Origin: Planctomycetota bacterium
Lineage (GTDB): Bacteria > Planctomycetota > Brocadiia > JAADGH01
Reading direction: 5' to 3'
DNA length: 64,000 bases
NCBI GenBank assembly: GCA_040755855.1
Contig: JBFMAD010000006.1
Coordinates: 32,001 to 96,000 of the forward strand
Position 1 is the first letter of the stretch. Every line of letters starts with the position of its first letter. A program made the position numbers and the translations under genes. This document shows, in pieces, positions 37,000 to 46,557 of the stretch. The notes beneath the pieces were generated by a model. The model ran no database searches. It saw nothing but the letters and a program-made list of their open reading frames with translations, and was not told the DNA's origin.

Positions 37000-38139
37000 C
37001 TATTTCCTCGATTCCGCAGCCATCTTCAGCCGACCGACCAGATAGCCGATCCCCGACAAGAGCCGCCAGCAGAGGGCATAGACGAAAACCGCCGGAACCA
37101 TGTACAGGCGGTCGCGTTCCCTGATCGTATGCCGCACGCTTCGCAACACGACGTGAAGCAGGTGCAGCGTGAATCCCACGACCGCCGACCAGGAGAACAG
37201 GATATGGAGGTCGGAGCGAATCGCCAGCGCTCCGACAAAGAAGATGCCAAGGTGCATGAACGCCAAGGGCGCCTCGACGTCCCGCAGCCGCACGCGAAAC
37301 GTGAAGCTGGCCGCCGTTAATGCCGCATAGCCGGCGAAAGCCGCCCAGGGGCAGAGGAAGATGAGCGGGACCAGAATAAAGGCTATCAGCGTGGCCAGGA
37401 ACGCCCGCGTCTCCAGGCCGTCGTAGCCGTAGTCGCGGTAGAGTTTCGCCGCCGCGCCGCCGTACTGCATGGCCTTTTTGAGGAGGACCGATTTCAAACT
37501 GCGCTGGTGGGAGGAGAAGACATACCGGATACGGGCCTCGCCGCTGAGCATGATCTTGTAGCCGGCCTTCTTCATCTCCATTGAGAGGGCCGTATCCTCG
37601 CCGGCGACGAAGTAGGACTTGTCGTCGAAGTATCCTAACTCGCGGATCACACTGCCGCGATAAGCGTCGCACTTGTCCCGGAAGAACGCGGTTTCCTCAA
37701 GCTTGCCCGTTGGATTGAGAAATTGCTGCGGAGCGATGGAGTCGAAGAGCTTTTCGGAGAATTCCAGCGTAGACCGGTCGGCGATGAAGCGCTGCGAAAC
37801 CACGGCGCCGACCTTCAGGTCGCTGAAGGGCGCGACCATCTGCGCGATCCAATGTTCCGTCTCGGGGATGCAGTCAGCATGGAGCACCATCAGGATTTCG
37901 CCCTTCGCATCCTTTAGGCCGACATTCATGCTCCGGGCGAGGCCGAGGTTTCGCTCGTTGACGATCTGCTTCACCCCGTCGAAACCGCCGACGATCTCCG
38001 CTGTGCGGTCGGTGGAGTGGTCGTTGACGACAATGATCTCCTTCGGCTCGTAGTTCTGTCTCTTGAGCGCGTCGAGAACATCGGCTATGGTTTCTTCCTC
38101 GTTGTGCGCAGGGACGACGATGGAAACGAGATCGGCCAC
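37000..38139 (-). CDS. GT2 glycosyltransferase with C-terminal TM helices
   Basis: VSIVVPAHNEE, VVNDHSTDRT, HAD, GED motifs. Confidence 0.92.
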   Translation of the reverse strand: MADLVSIVVPAHNEEETIADVLDALKRQNYEPKEIIVVNDHSTDRTAEIVGGFDGVKQIVNERNLGLARSMNVGLKDAKGEILMVLHADCIPETEHWIAQMVAPFSDLKVGAVVSQRFIADRSTLEFSEKLFDSIAPQQFLNPTGKLEETAFFRDKCDAYRGSVIRELGYFDDKSYFVAGEDTALSMEMKKAGYKIMLSGEARIRYVFSSHQRSLKSVLLKKAMQYGGAAAKLYRDYGYDGLETRAFLATLIAFILVPLIFLCPWAAFAGYAALTAASFTFRVRLRDVEAPLAFMHLGIFFVGALAIRSDLHILFSWSAVVGFTLHLLHVVLRSVRHTIRERDRLYMVPAVFVYALCWRLLSGIGYLVGRLKMAAESRK

Positions 38140-38266
38140 ACCGATTCCTTACAATAAAACTCGCTCGGTACTTTTTAGCCGTAGATGGTAACACGGCGCC
38201 CAATGTAAATCTATGGACAATTTGCGCCTCGAAGCCCCGCTCGTCAAACCATATGCCTTTCCGCGC

Positions 38267-38295
38267 TTGACTTGCGCCCGAAACTGCCTTAGACT
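38267..38295 (+). promoter_or_regulatory. Sigma70 promoter
   Basis: TTGACT-17-TAGACT. Confidence 0.5.
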
Positions 38296-38359
38296 GACGC
38301 GGGATTCGGATTTCGAGCAAGGCGCGCCGAACATGCAATTCTGATGTAGGAAACCATGT

Positions 38360-39238
38360 ATGATTCACCGTGTTGTACGCCTTCTTGCGATAGGGCTTAT
38401 TGTGTGCTGCATCCCTCCAAACAGCGGGGGCGCCGCAGCCGCCGATACGAAAGAACGGATTGCGATTGTTGACTTCGATGTGCAGGGCGACGTGGGCATT
38501 GCGGATGCGGGCAAGATCGTCCCCCGGCTGCTTCTATCTGAATTCGCTGAGAAATATGAGATGGTGACGCGGACGCAATTGCAGGCGCTCTTGACCGAGA
38601 AAAACCTTCAGGTGAGCGACCTGATGGACGCCGACAAGGCAAAACAATACGGCAAGCTCATCCCCGTGAAGTACCTTGTGGTGGGGGAGGTGATGAAAGG
38701 GGCGGAATACTGGATGACGGCGCAACTCGTCGAGGTCGGGCCTGGCATCATCCGCAGCCCCCGAAAGGTCTCCGCGTCCACCTACCAGGAACTGGAAAAG
38801 AAGATCCCTCTCCTCGGAAAACTCCTCTTGATGGATGACGAACGCTACAAGAACTGGCAGGATGCAACAGGAAACACCGAGAAGCGCGCCCTTCTGGGCG
38901 ACTTGATTGTCCAGTATCCTAAAATTCTGGAGTTCAACAGCGGCGACTTTGCGTATGCGTCCTACCACGGTGGGATCGTCGTGCGCAACAACCGCACCGG
39001 CGCGGAAGAGATCATCTGGGCGGGCGAACCCGGCCATCCCGTCTCTGGAGACTTCAAGAAAAACCTGGACGACAGTGCGGACCTCCGAATGCGCATGGGG
39101 TCGGCTCTCTCGGACGAGGTATCCATCTTCAATGACGCTCTGCGCGTTCAGGTGTTCCAGGGCGGCGGGATGATCTTCGAGACGCGGACCGCGATCACCT
39201 GGCGCAGCGTCCACGAGATGCGCCGCCTCCGGAGATAG
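38360..39238 (+). CDS. Secreted CsgG/HfaB-like domain protein
   Basis: RIAIVDF...YEMVTRTQLQALLTE...GKLIPVKYLVVGEV...AQLVEV. Confidence 0.7.
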   Translation: MIHRVVRLLAIGLIVCCIPPNSGGAAAADTKERIAIVDFDVQGDVGIADAGKIVPRLLLSEFAEKYEMVTRTQLQALLTEKNLQVSDLMDADKAKQYGKLIPVKYLVVGEVMKGAEYWMTAQLVEVGPGIIRSPRKVSASTYQELEKKIPLLGKLLLMDDERYKNWQDATGNTEKRALLGDLIVQYPKILEFNSGDFAYASYHGGIVVRNNRTGAEEIIWAGEPGHPVSGDFKKNLDDSADLRMRMGSALSDEVSIFNDALRVQVFQGGGMIFETRTAITWRSVHEMRRLRR

Positions 39239-39282
39239 ACCTGACGCCGTCTTCTCGCGTTGAGCCTCCGTCGCGGTCCCCC

Positions 39283-40353
39283 CTACCTCGGCATGGGCAT
39301 AATCGTTACCGCCGGGAAGAGGGAGACGTGGACGACGCGGTCGCTGAAGATGAGGCCCTTCGCGTCTATGCCGTTGCCGACGCAGCGGCCGATGGTCCCC
39401 GCGCCGGGCGTCCCCTCCGTGTGGTAGGGCGCAGCAAGGACGCGACGAAGGAATTGCTCGGCGGCCGTGCGGTCCGGCGGGACGGGGATGTGCCGGACGC
39501 AACTCAGCACGTCAATGGCGTACGAGTCCAGCACCTTCTCCCGGTGCTTGTAGAACAGCGATGAATTGCCGAACAGGTCCGCCCCTACGAATTCTCCGTT
39601 GCGCGCCACGACGACGCCGACGATCTGCCTCGGCAGGACGCGGCAGAATTCCTCGCGATACTCGCCGAGTTTGTTTGCCACATCGCGTTGGTTATAGACA
39701 TAGTTGAAGTCGCCCGTCGCCGATTCCTGTTTCAGCTCCCGCGCGGTCTCTGCGACGCCGCCCCATACCTCGCTCTGGTCGGCGGCCTTCTGCGCGCGGA
39801 CGCGGAGTTTCGCAGACGCCAAGTTTCCATCCGTCTTGAAGACCTCCGCCTTCTTCATCCACCGCCCCTGCTCGACGCAGTAGGCCGGCAGTTCGATCGG
39901 CGCGCTGTGCGGAGGCAGGAGGATGTCCTCGCGCAGGATGCGATTCTGTTTCCCGCCGACGAGAATTTCTCCGGCCATGATGAACACATACTCGGCGGCC
40001 CGATTCTGCACCAGGAGCACGGGGACCTGCCCCTCGCCCTTCTCGGTGATGACAATGGCGTTCTGCCGCAGGGCCTCGTCAAGAGTCAACGGCGCGATCC
40101 CAAGTTCATATCCTGCAACCTGCACCGGAAATACAGTAAGGCCGCGGTAGTGGTGGCCGTTGAGCACTTGGCATCGAGCCGCCAGGTCGGCAACAGGATT
40201 GTGCGCGGGGATCGGCGGGCGCGGCGGGCGGACGATCCTCCCGTCGGTCTGCTGCCCCTGTCCCTTCTTGTAGTCCGACTTCAGCTCAGCCGCATTGACG
40301 ATTCCGACACATGCCACCGACATCATAAACGCGAGAAATGCTCTCCGCTCCAT
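39283..40353 (-). CDS. Secreted DUF6569 (ARPP-1-like) protein
   Basis: LTVFPV, LTLDEAL, VFIMAGEILVGGKQNRI, YCVEQGRW, QSEVW; signal peptide. Confidence 0.8.
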   Translation of the reverse strand: MERRAFLAFMMSVACVGIVNAAELKSDYKKGQGQQTDGRIVRPPRPPIPAHNPVADLAARCQVLNGHHYRGLTVFPVQVAGYELGIAPLTLDEALRQNAIVITEKGEGQVPVLLVQNRAAEYVFIMAGEILVGGKQNRILREDILLPPHSAPIELPAYCVEQGRWMKKAEVFKTDGNLASAKLRVRAQKAADQSEVWGGVAETARELKQESATGDFNYVYNQRDVANKLGEYREEFCRVLPRQIVGVVVARNGEFVGADLFGNSSLFYKHREKVLDSYAIDVLSCVRHIPVPPDRTAAEQFLRRVLAAPYHTEGTPGAGTIGRCVGNGIDAKGLIFSDRVVHVSLFPAVTIMPMPR

Positions 40354-40422
40354 GACACTCCTCCTTCCACCAAAGGGACTGCCGGGCGGCGCCCCGGCCG
40401 CCCGGTCCTTTTCTCCGCGAGA

Positions 40423-42654
40423 CTATCGGGCAAGTTCGTTGACCTGATCGGTTGAAAGTTCTTCGGCGCCTTCCTCGCCGATCATGACACACTGGTTACC
40501 CACAACGAACGCCACCCGGTCGCCGAGGAGAAAGATCTCTTTCCATTCCGGCTTTGCATCCAAGAGTTTGAAGTAGGTCGCGCTGCCGTACTTGACCTTG
40601 ATCGTCTGCATCCCTTCCTTGTAGTTCGTATCCATCCACACGCCCTCGACGAGGACGAACGTCCGCGCCCCGACGTGCTTCACGATCCGCGCACCTCCCT
40701 TATCGCCCTCGCCCGCCGCCTGCTCCTCTTTCAGCGCGCGCACTTTCTTGGCCATGTCGAATGCATCGCGTCCCGAATCGGCTTTCATCTTGCTCTCCAC
40801 CTGCCGGGTCGCTTCAGGCTCCATCGGCAGTCCCAGCGTCGCCGGAGCGGCCGCTGCGCCCTTGCCCGGCTGCCCCGCCGGCTGCCGGCTCATGAACCGA
40901 TCCCGCGAGATGCCGTGCCGCGTGTAGGACGCATCGTCCTCCAGGACGAGGTAGGACGTGTACGGCGTCTGGATGTTGAATTCCTTGCTCAGGCGGATCA
41001 CCTCGCCCTTGAGCTCGGGGTTCTCGCCATGGAGTCGAATCTCGTCGAGCAGGTAGCCGACTTTGCGAGTGGCCCAGAGGCGTTTGATGAACTCGTTATC
41101 CGCGTTCGATGCGGCGAATGTGCCCTCATACACGATTTCCTTCTTCTTCCCGCCCACGTCGCCCGTCAGCCGGATCGCCACGTCGCCCGATTCCCGGTAG
41201 CGGCCGAAGAGCGTAAGCTGCGCGCCCTTGAATAGATCGGGCAGGCGGCGGGGATACATGTCCCGAATCTGGACCTTCCCGAAGTCGAGCTGCGGATTTG
41301 CCAGCACCGGATAGCGAATCTTGTCGCTGAACGACGACACCGGCATCTCGATGTTCTCATCCGGCTTGACGTACTGCGGGTAGCCCCCGCTCGCCTCGGC
41401 GATCTGGTCGAGGAGGTGCGTATTGACCTCGTATCCGACGCCGAAGACGAACACCCGCGCATTGCGCGGATTGCTCTTTTTCACATTTGCGACGATCTCG
41501 TTCATGTCCGTCACACCCACCGTAGGCTTGCCGTCGGTCAGGAACACGATGTTGTAGGGCCGCCCCTCTGCGCCTTTGGCCGAGAGCGCCGCGGCGAGGG
41601 CGTCGCTGATGCACGTCCCCCCTGCCGCCCGGAAGCCCTCGATGAACGCGAGCGCCTTATGTACGTTCTCCTTCGTCGCGGGAAGGGTGCCGTTCGACAT
41701 CTGGTCCACGTCGGTGCTGAAGCGGATGATATTGAATGTGTCCTGCGGGCCAAGATTCTGCACGCAGTACTTCAGCGCATTTTTCGCCTGCTCGATCTTG
41801 TCGTTTTCCTGCATGCTGCCAGAGGTATCTACCACGAAGCAGACGTCCTTCGGGAGCACCTGGCTCTCGTCAATCTCCGCGCTGGGCGAGATCATGAGCA
41901 TGAAGTAGCCCTCCTCATCGCCCACGCGATGGGCAACCAGGTTGATGCCGATGTCCTTCTCCGACACCGTGTAGTAGAGGACGAAGTCGCGGTCGAGGAT
42001 GCTCCGATTCTGCTCGAAGCCGACGACGGCCAGGTGGTCGCTCTTCTTGCTGACGCCGACCTGATGAGATGGGGAGTAGATCGTCCGCAGCGGCGTCTTC
42101 GATTCAAGGTTGAGCGCAACGGAGAAATCCTCCAACGTCTGCGCCGCCGCGCCGGAGGTCTTCAGCGGATAGACGTACTTGCACGCGCCGCCGTCCATCT
42201 TCAGGACCTCGGAGTAGGTCAGCTCGATCTTCTGCGTCCCCATGCGCGGGACCGGATATACGCGAATGCGAAAAAGATTGCTCCCCATGTATTCGAGGAT
42301 GCCGGGGTCCTTCATCCGGCGAACGATCTCCTCATAGATTTGCCGGGCCTTGTCCTTCTCCACCAGTTCCCCGCTCATCCGTTTGCCGTTGATGTACATG
42401 GCAAAGTCCTGGATCGAGGCGTTCTCGGGCAGCGGAAAGATGTAGGTCGCCTCCAAGTCCTGGGGCACGCTGTTCTGGAAAACCTGTTCAACATTTGTGG
42501 TAGCCACCTGATCCTTGACAGCGATGTTCACCCGTTGATACTTGATCGCCAGAGGCGGAATGCCCGGGTCCTTCGGGATCAGCATCCCCGTCGCCGTCGC
42601 AACCCCTTGCAGCGCAACGAGAAACACCAACATACACAAAACACGTTTCTTCAT
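40423..42654 (-). CDS. Secreted VIT and vWA domain protein
   Basis: VIT: QVF.N...LEATYIFPLP; MIDAS DTSGSM, GGT, FLTDG; LWATRKVGYL, TPYTSYLV. Confidence 0.93.
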   Translation of the reverse strand: MKKRVLCMLVFLVALQGVATATGMLIPKDPGIPPLAIKYQRVNIAVKDQVATTNVEQVFQNSVPQDLEATYIFPLPENASIQDFAMYINGKRMSGELVEKDKARQIYEEIVRRMKDPGILEYMGSNLFRIRVYPVPRMGTQKIELTYSEVLKMDGGACKYVYPLKTSGAAAQTLEDFSVALNLESKTPLRTIYSPSHQVGVSKKSDHLAVVGFEQNRSILDRDFVLYYTVSEKDIGINLVAHRVGDEEGYFMLMISPSAEIDESQVLPKDVCFVVDTSGSMQENDKIEQAKNALKYCVQNLGPQDTFNIIRFSTDVDQMSNGTLPATKENVHKALAFIEGFRAAGGTCISDALAAALSAKGAEGRPYNIVFLTDGKPTVGVTDMNEIVANVKKSNPRNARVFVFGVGYEVNTHLLDQIAEASGGYPQYVKPDENIEMPVSSFSDKIRYPVLANPQLDFGKVQIRDMYPRRLPDLFKGAQLTLFGRYRESGDVAIRLTGDVGGKKKEIVYEGTFAASNADNEFIKRLWATRKVGYLLDEIRLHGENPELKGEVIRLSKEFNIQTPYTSYLVLEDDASYTRHGISRDRFMSRQPAGQPGKGAAAAPATLGLPMEPEATRQVESKMKADSGRDAFDMAKKVRALKEEQAAGEGDKGGARIVKHVGARTFVLVEGVWMDTNYKEGMQTIKVKYGSATYFKLLDAKPEWKEIFLLGDRVAFVVGNQCVMIGEEGAEELSTDQVNELAR

Positions 42655-42773
42655 GATCGTCTCCTCCTGCGATGGGTTCATCCTCTTGGCAACCATCTTC
42701 TATCGGATTTGACGCATAAGCGCGAAAATGGTTCCGCAGAAATCCTTAATCACCATTATCTTCGCCCTACCAT

Positions 42774-42802
42774 TTGACATCCTTGCCGAAGCGGAGTACA
42801 CT
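42774..42802 (+). promoter_or_regulatory. Sigma70 promoter
   Basis: TTGACA-17-TACACT. Confidence 0.65.
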
Positions 42803-42836
42803 ATACTGTCAACTTCATTCTTGGAATCTGAGGGCA

Positions 42837-43967
42837 ATGGCAACGACCGAGGACAAGATTCGATTCTACTGCGGCGCGTGCGGCAAACGGCTGAAGGCCG
42901 ACCCCGCGAAGGTAGGCCGCTCGGCCAGGTGCACGAAGTGCGGCAAGGCCGTGCCCGTGCCGCGCAAGCAACTTAGCCGCGCGCAGATACGCCTCTATTG
43001 TCCGGCGTGTGGGGCTCGAATTCGCGCCTTCGCCGAGCGGTCCGGGAAACGGGTAAAGTGCACCCGATGCGGCGAAAACATCCTGCTTGCCGAGGTAAAA
43101 AAACAAAATAAGCCCGAACCGCAGATACCCCATCCACGGATACAAAAACCGGATAAAGAAATAAAAGCGGAGGCCCCGCCGAAAAAAGAATCGACGCCGA
43201 TCCCCCCTGTCCGGATGAAACGCAAAGCCAGGGAAAAGATCGAGAGACCATCGCCATCCGTCTATGTCATCCCTGTGCCCGAGGAGCGGGAGCGGCCGGC
43301 GGCCGCAGCCGAACCCGAAAAAACCGCCGTCCCTCGTCGGTTCTCTTTTTTCAAGATCATCTCGATTGGACTCGTTCTCTTGCTGGCGATAGTCGTCGTT
43401 GGATTTACCCTCCTTCGCGCCACAAGCCCGGAATGGCTGAACGTGCGCCTGATGCGCGCCGCGCGGGACGGCGACGCCCGCGCCGTGCGCATGTTGCTCC
43501 TCTGCGGAGCAGATGTGAACTCCAAAACCCCCATCCCCCAGACGCCGCTGCACTGGGCCGCTATGAAAGGACGCCGCGACGTCGCAGAGGTCCTGATTGA
43601 CCGCGGGGCCGACATCAACGCAACGGATGAAAACGGCAAGACCCCCCTGCTCCAGGCCGTCTCCTTCGGCCACTCGGACATCGCGCAGCTTTTGATCTCC
43701 CGCGGCGCAAATGCAAGCATGGCCGATAGCAGCGGTTTTGCGCCGCTCTACCAGGCGGCCTATGTCGGCAACAAGGACGTCGTCGAGCTCCTTGTCGCGG
43801 CGGGCGCGGACGTGAACGCGACCGTCGAGGTGGCCGTCCCCGGAACCGGATCGAAACCGCAGCCGAGGAGATTGACAGCCCTGGACGCCGCAGAGATGGC
43901 GGGACATACAGACGTCGCGGTCTTCCTTCGCAACCGCGGAGCGAGAACAAGCATGGAGACGAAATAG
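42837..43967 (+). CDS. Double zinc-ribbon / TM / ankyrin-repeat protein
   Basis: Four CxxCG motifs, Pro/Lys linker, one TM helix, TPLHWAA / TPLLQAV / APLYQAA / TALDAA ankyrin repeats. Confidence 0.9.
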   Translation: MATTEDKIRFYCGACGKRLKADPAKVGRSARCTKCGKAVPVPRKQLSRAQIRLYCPACGARIRAFAERSGKRVKCTRCGENILLAEVKKQNKPEPQIPHPRIQKPDKEIKAEAPPKKESTPIPPVRMKRKAREKIERPSPSVYVIPVPEERERPAAAAEPEKTAVPRRFSFFKIISIGLVLLLAIVVVGFTLLRATSPEWLNVRLMRAARDGDARAVRMLLLCGADVNSKTPIPQTPLHWAAMKGRRDVAEVLIDRGADINATDENGKTPLLQAVSFGHSDIAQLLISRGANASMADSSGFAPLYQAAYVGNKDVVELLVAAGADVNATVEVAVPGTGSKPQPRRLTALDAAEMAGHTDVAVFLRNRGARTSMETK

Positions 43968-43998
43968 GTGATAGGTGACAGATGGTAGGTGATAGGAG
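43964..43998 (+). repeat. Degenerate heptamer tandem repeat (ATAGGTG x5)
   Basis: ataggtg ataggtg acagatg gtaggtg ataggag. Confidence 0.7.
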
Positions 43999-44005
43999 AA
44001 ATCAG

Positions 44006-44251
44006 ATGCGCAAGGGGTTCTTGATAGGAGCCATCGTCGTGCTGAGCATGGGTGGGGCGTGCATCGCCGCGACGGTGCTTGAGGTGGCGACAGGGAAATG
44101 CGGCATGGGGTCGGCGTCCTTCTGGGGCGGTGTGGCGTTCCACGCCTGCGCGGGAATCGTCGCGTCGTTCCTGCTGGTCAAGGCCCGGCCGCCCAGGCAG
44201 GAGGACCAAGACAAGGCCGACGAGAAGGCGGACAAGGAGGTGGAATCATGA
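44006..44251 (+). CDS. Small 2-TM membrane protein (paralog A)
   Basis: AGGAGA RBS; two hydrophobic helices; FWGGVAFH motif. Confidence 0.75.
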   Translation: MRKGFLIGAIVVLSMGGACIAATVLEVATGKCGMGSASFWGGVAFHACAGIVASFLLVKARPPRQEDQDKADEKADKEVES

Positions 44252-44436
44252 GTTGGGGATGGCTCATCGCGGCGGTGATCGTCTGGCTGGCCTCCGCCGG
44301 TTGCATCATCGGCACGCTCGTCGAACTGCTTCTCGGCAAGGCGAACCTGCGCAAGGGCGACTTCTGGGGCGGCGTTGCGTTCCACGGCAGCACGGCGATC
44401 CTGGCCCTGTGGCTTCTTCTGAAGGCGCTTGGATAG
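44248..44436 (+). CDS. Small 2-TM membrane protein (paralog B)
   Basis: AAGGAGG RBS; ATGA overlap; FWGGVAFH motif. Confidence 0.75.
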   Translation: MSWGWLIAAVIVWLASAGCIIGTLVELLLGKANLRKGDFWGGVAFHGSTAILALWLLLKALG

Positions 44437-44445
44437 GCTACATCC

Positions 44446-45582
44446 ATGACGTGTGCGCAGACTCGAGCCTGGAAGGAGCATCTTATGCTCTTTGTCATCC
44501 TCGCGTGCGCCGGATCGGCGACGGCGGCGCAAAAGGCCGTGATCTCGATCAAAATCGTCAAGGCCGAAGCCGGACGGTGCGCAGCCCCGCCGAAGCTACA
44601 GGTCCTCGACAACCCCGACCAGTGGAAGCAGATCGAGAAGGAGACCTTTCAAGGGGAAAACGATTGGGAGGCCTACTGGACGCTGGAGGCCGCGCAACTG
44701 CCCAAGGATCTGCCGCGCGTGAAAATTTCGTGCCCCGGGGTGAAGGCGGCGCGGGCCATCGTCGGGCGGACCGATGTGAAGTTCGACGCGACCGACGGCG
44801 GCGTCGCGTTTCGACTGGTCCCGGACCAAGCCCGCGGTCAGCTCATTCAAACCGTCCTCGACGACCCCGAAGGCGACCTGCCCATTGACCTGCACCACAA
44901 CTGGGAGATGCGCAAGGAACGGGAGTACAAGCAATGCCCCTGGCCGGCAAAGCCGATCGCGGCGCACAACAATTACCTCTTTGCGGCGCGCGAGGCATTG
45001 AAGATCATGGGCGGCTTCAGCCCCAAGCGCGAGCAGAACCCCTTCGACGGAGGGATCGTCCTGGAGGGCCACGAGACAGCCGCCACGCGAGGGCACATGG
45101 ACTTCCCCCCGCACTTCCACATCATGCTGTATCCGCCGGGATACACGCCCGGCGCGAATGTCCCGCACTTCTACATGGACGAGGAGGGACGGGTGATCCG
45201 GAATTCGTTTGGCGTTCTCGGCGTCCCGAACTCCGCCCGCGAGTTCGGATCCGGCGAATGGTGCAGTATGAAGGACCTCCACGGGGTTCTGGGACTCGAA
45301 CTTCAGATCACTCCCGACGGCGGCCTGCGGCTGCGCAAGGGGCCGGGCCAGGAGGAGTTCCTGCTCGCTGGGGACCCGCCAAGCAAGGCGTCTGAGGCGG
45401 TGTGCGTCTGGCGCGGCGACGAGATGCTATGCCGTTGCGCGGTTAAGGACGACGCGGCGAAGGGGGATATGCAGATCGCCATCGAGCGCTTTGCGGGAGG
45501 AAGGCCCGTCAAAACCTTGAAGGAAGCCCTGGCCTACGATCCCTTCACCGGAAAGATCATCAAGCGAATGCGGGAGCAGTAA
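44446..45582 (+). CDS. Hypothetical, probably secreted protein with His cluster
   Basis: Signal-like LFVILACAGSATA; GHMDFPPHFHI...PHFY. Confidence 0.7.
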   Translation: MTCAQTRAWKEHLMLFVILACAGSATAAQKAVISIKIVKAEAGRCAAPPKLQVLDNPDQWKQIEKETFQGENDWEAYWTLEAAQLPKDLPRVKISCPGVKAARAIVGRTDVKFDATDGGVAFRLVPDQARGQLIQTVLDDPEGDLPIDLHHNWEMRKEREYKQCPWPAKPIAAHNNYLFAAREALKIMGGFSPKREQNPFDGGIVLEGHETAATRGHMDFPPHFHIMLYPPGYTPGANVPHFYMDEEGRVIRNSFGVLGVPNSAREFGSGEWCSMKDLHGVLGLELQITPDGGLRLRKGPGQEEFLLAGDPPSKASEAVCVWRGDEMLCRCAVKDDAAKGDMQIAIERFAGGRPVKTLKEALAYDPFTGKIIKRMREQ

Positions 45583-45883
45583 GCGGCGGCCGCCATACCT
45601 GTTCCGACAGTGCAGAATAGATCAGGCCTTTGCAACCGCGGGTGGGCGCAGTCCAGGATTCAAGACGACCACGTGTCATGGGCCTGCCGGGGGCATGTCC
45701 TCTTTCCTTCATCCGTCGGCAATAGGGCATCCGGGAGGCAGAGCGGCCCTGTGGGGCCATGTCCCTTTGCACGGGAAAAAAGGGCATCTTCCACACCTTT
45801 CGCTCGCCGGTATAATCCAATAGCGGCATGCAGGAAGACCATACCAACCGTGCCGGTTCCGGCCGGGTTGAAGGGAGGACACC

Positions 45884-46546
45884 GTGAAGACAAGCTTGAA
45901 TCAGCGGCGGGGCATAAGCCTGATCGAGATTTTGGTCGTGATCTGTGTGCTTCTGATTCTGGCCTCGGCGCTGATCGTGGGTGCGATGCAGATTCGGGGC
46001 CATGCCCAACTGCGCGGGACCGAATCCCTCATCGCACAGATTCAGTCGGCCAACGAGCAGTTCCAGAACGAGTGGCGTTTCTATGCCCCCGATTCACCCA
46101 TTGCGCAGTTCGGGGGCATTAACTGGACGGTAGACGCCGCTCCGTCGGTGCCCGAATTCGAGACGGTGCATGTGGAATCGAGCGCACCCGGCATGCCCGG
46201 CGACAGGATGCCGACTCAAGGCAATGAGTATCTGATGATTAATCTGGCGGTGCGTTCGGAGCTGCTTCGGCTATCGGCCAGATCGCTGGCCGGTCCCGAG
46301 CGAATCATCGCCCTTGCGGAAAACCGCAAGGTTACAAGGAGATGTATCCTCATGGATGGATGGGGGCGCCCGATCTTTTACGACTGTCATGTGCCCGAAG
46401 GGGGAATCTACGCCAACGGCCTGGTGCGCCATAACATGACGGCTTTCGATTTATTTTCGCTGGGCAAGGATGGCCGAACCGGCTCGAACAGCGGCGCCCC
46501 CGGCGATGATCCTGACGATCTCAACAACTGGCAAGGCAGCAAGTAG
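45884..46546 (+). CDS. Prepilin-type N-terminal cleavage protein, GspG-like
   Basis: RRG|ISLIEILVVI; DGWGRPIFY; FDLFSLGKDG...DDLNNW; GGAGG RBS. Confidence 0.88.
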   Translation: MKTSLNQRRGISLIEILVVICVLLILASALIVGAMQIRGHAQLRGTESLIAQIQSANEQFQNEWRFYAPDSPIAQFGGINWTVDAAPSVPEFETVHVESSAPGMPGDRMPTQGNEYLMINLAVRSELLRLSARSLAGPERIIALAENRKVTRRCILMDGWGRPIFYDCHVPEGGIYANGLVRHNMTAFDLFSLGKDGRTGSNSGAPGDDPDDLNNWQGSK

Positions 46547-46557
46547 GAATCCGCCCC

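Noticed and set aside
36998..37672. Apparent N-terminal extension of the methyltransferase (520-aa ORF)
   Set aside because: Overlaps GT2 in another frame; RBS-supported start at 36997
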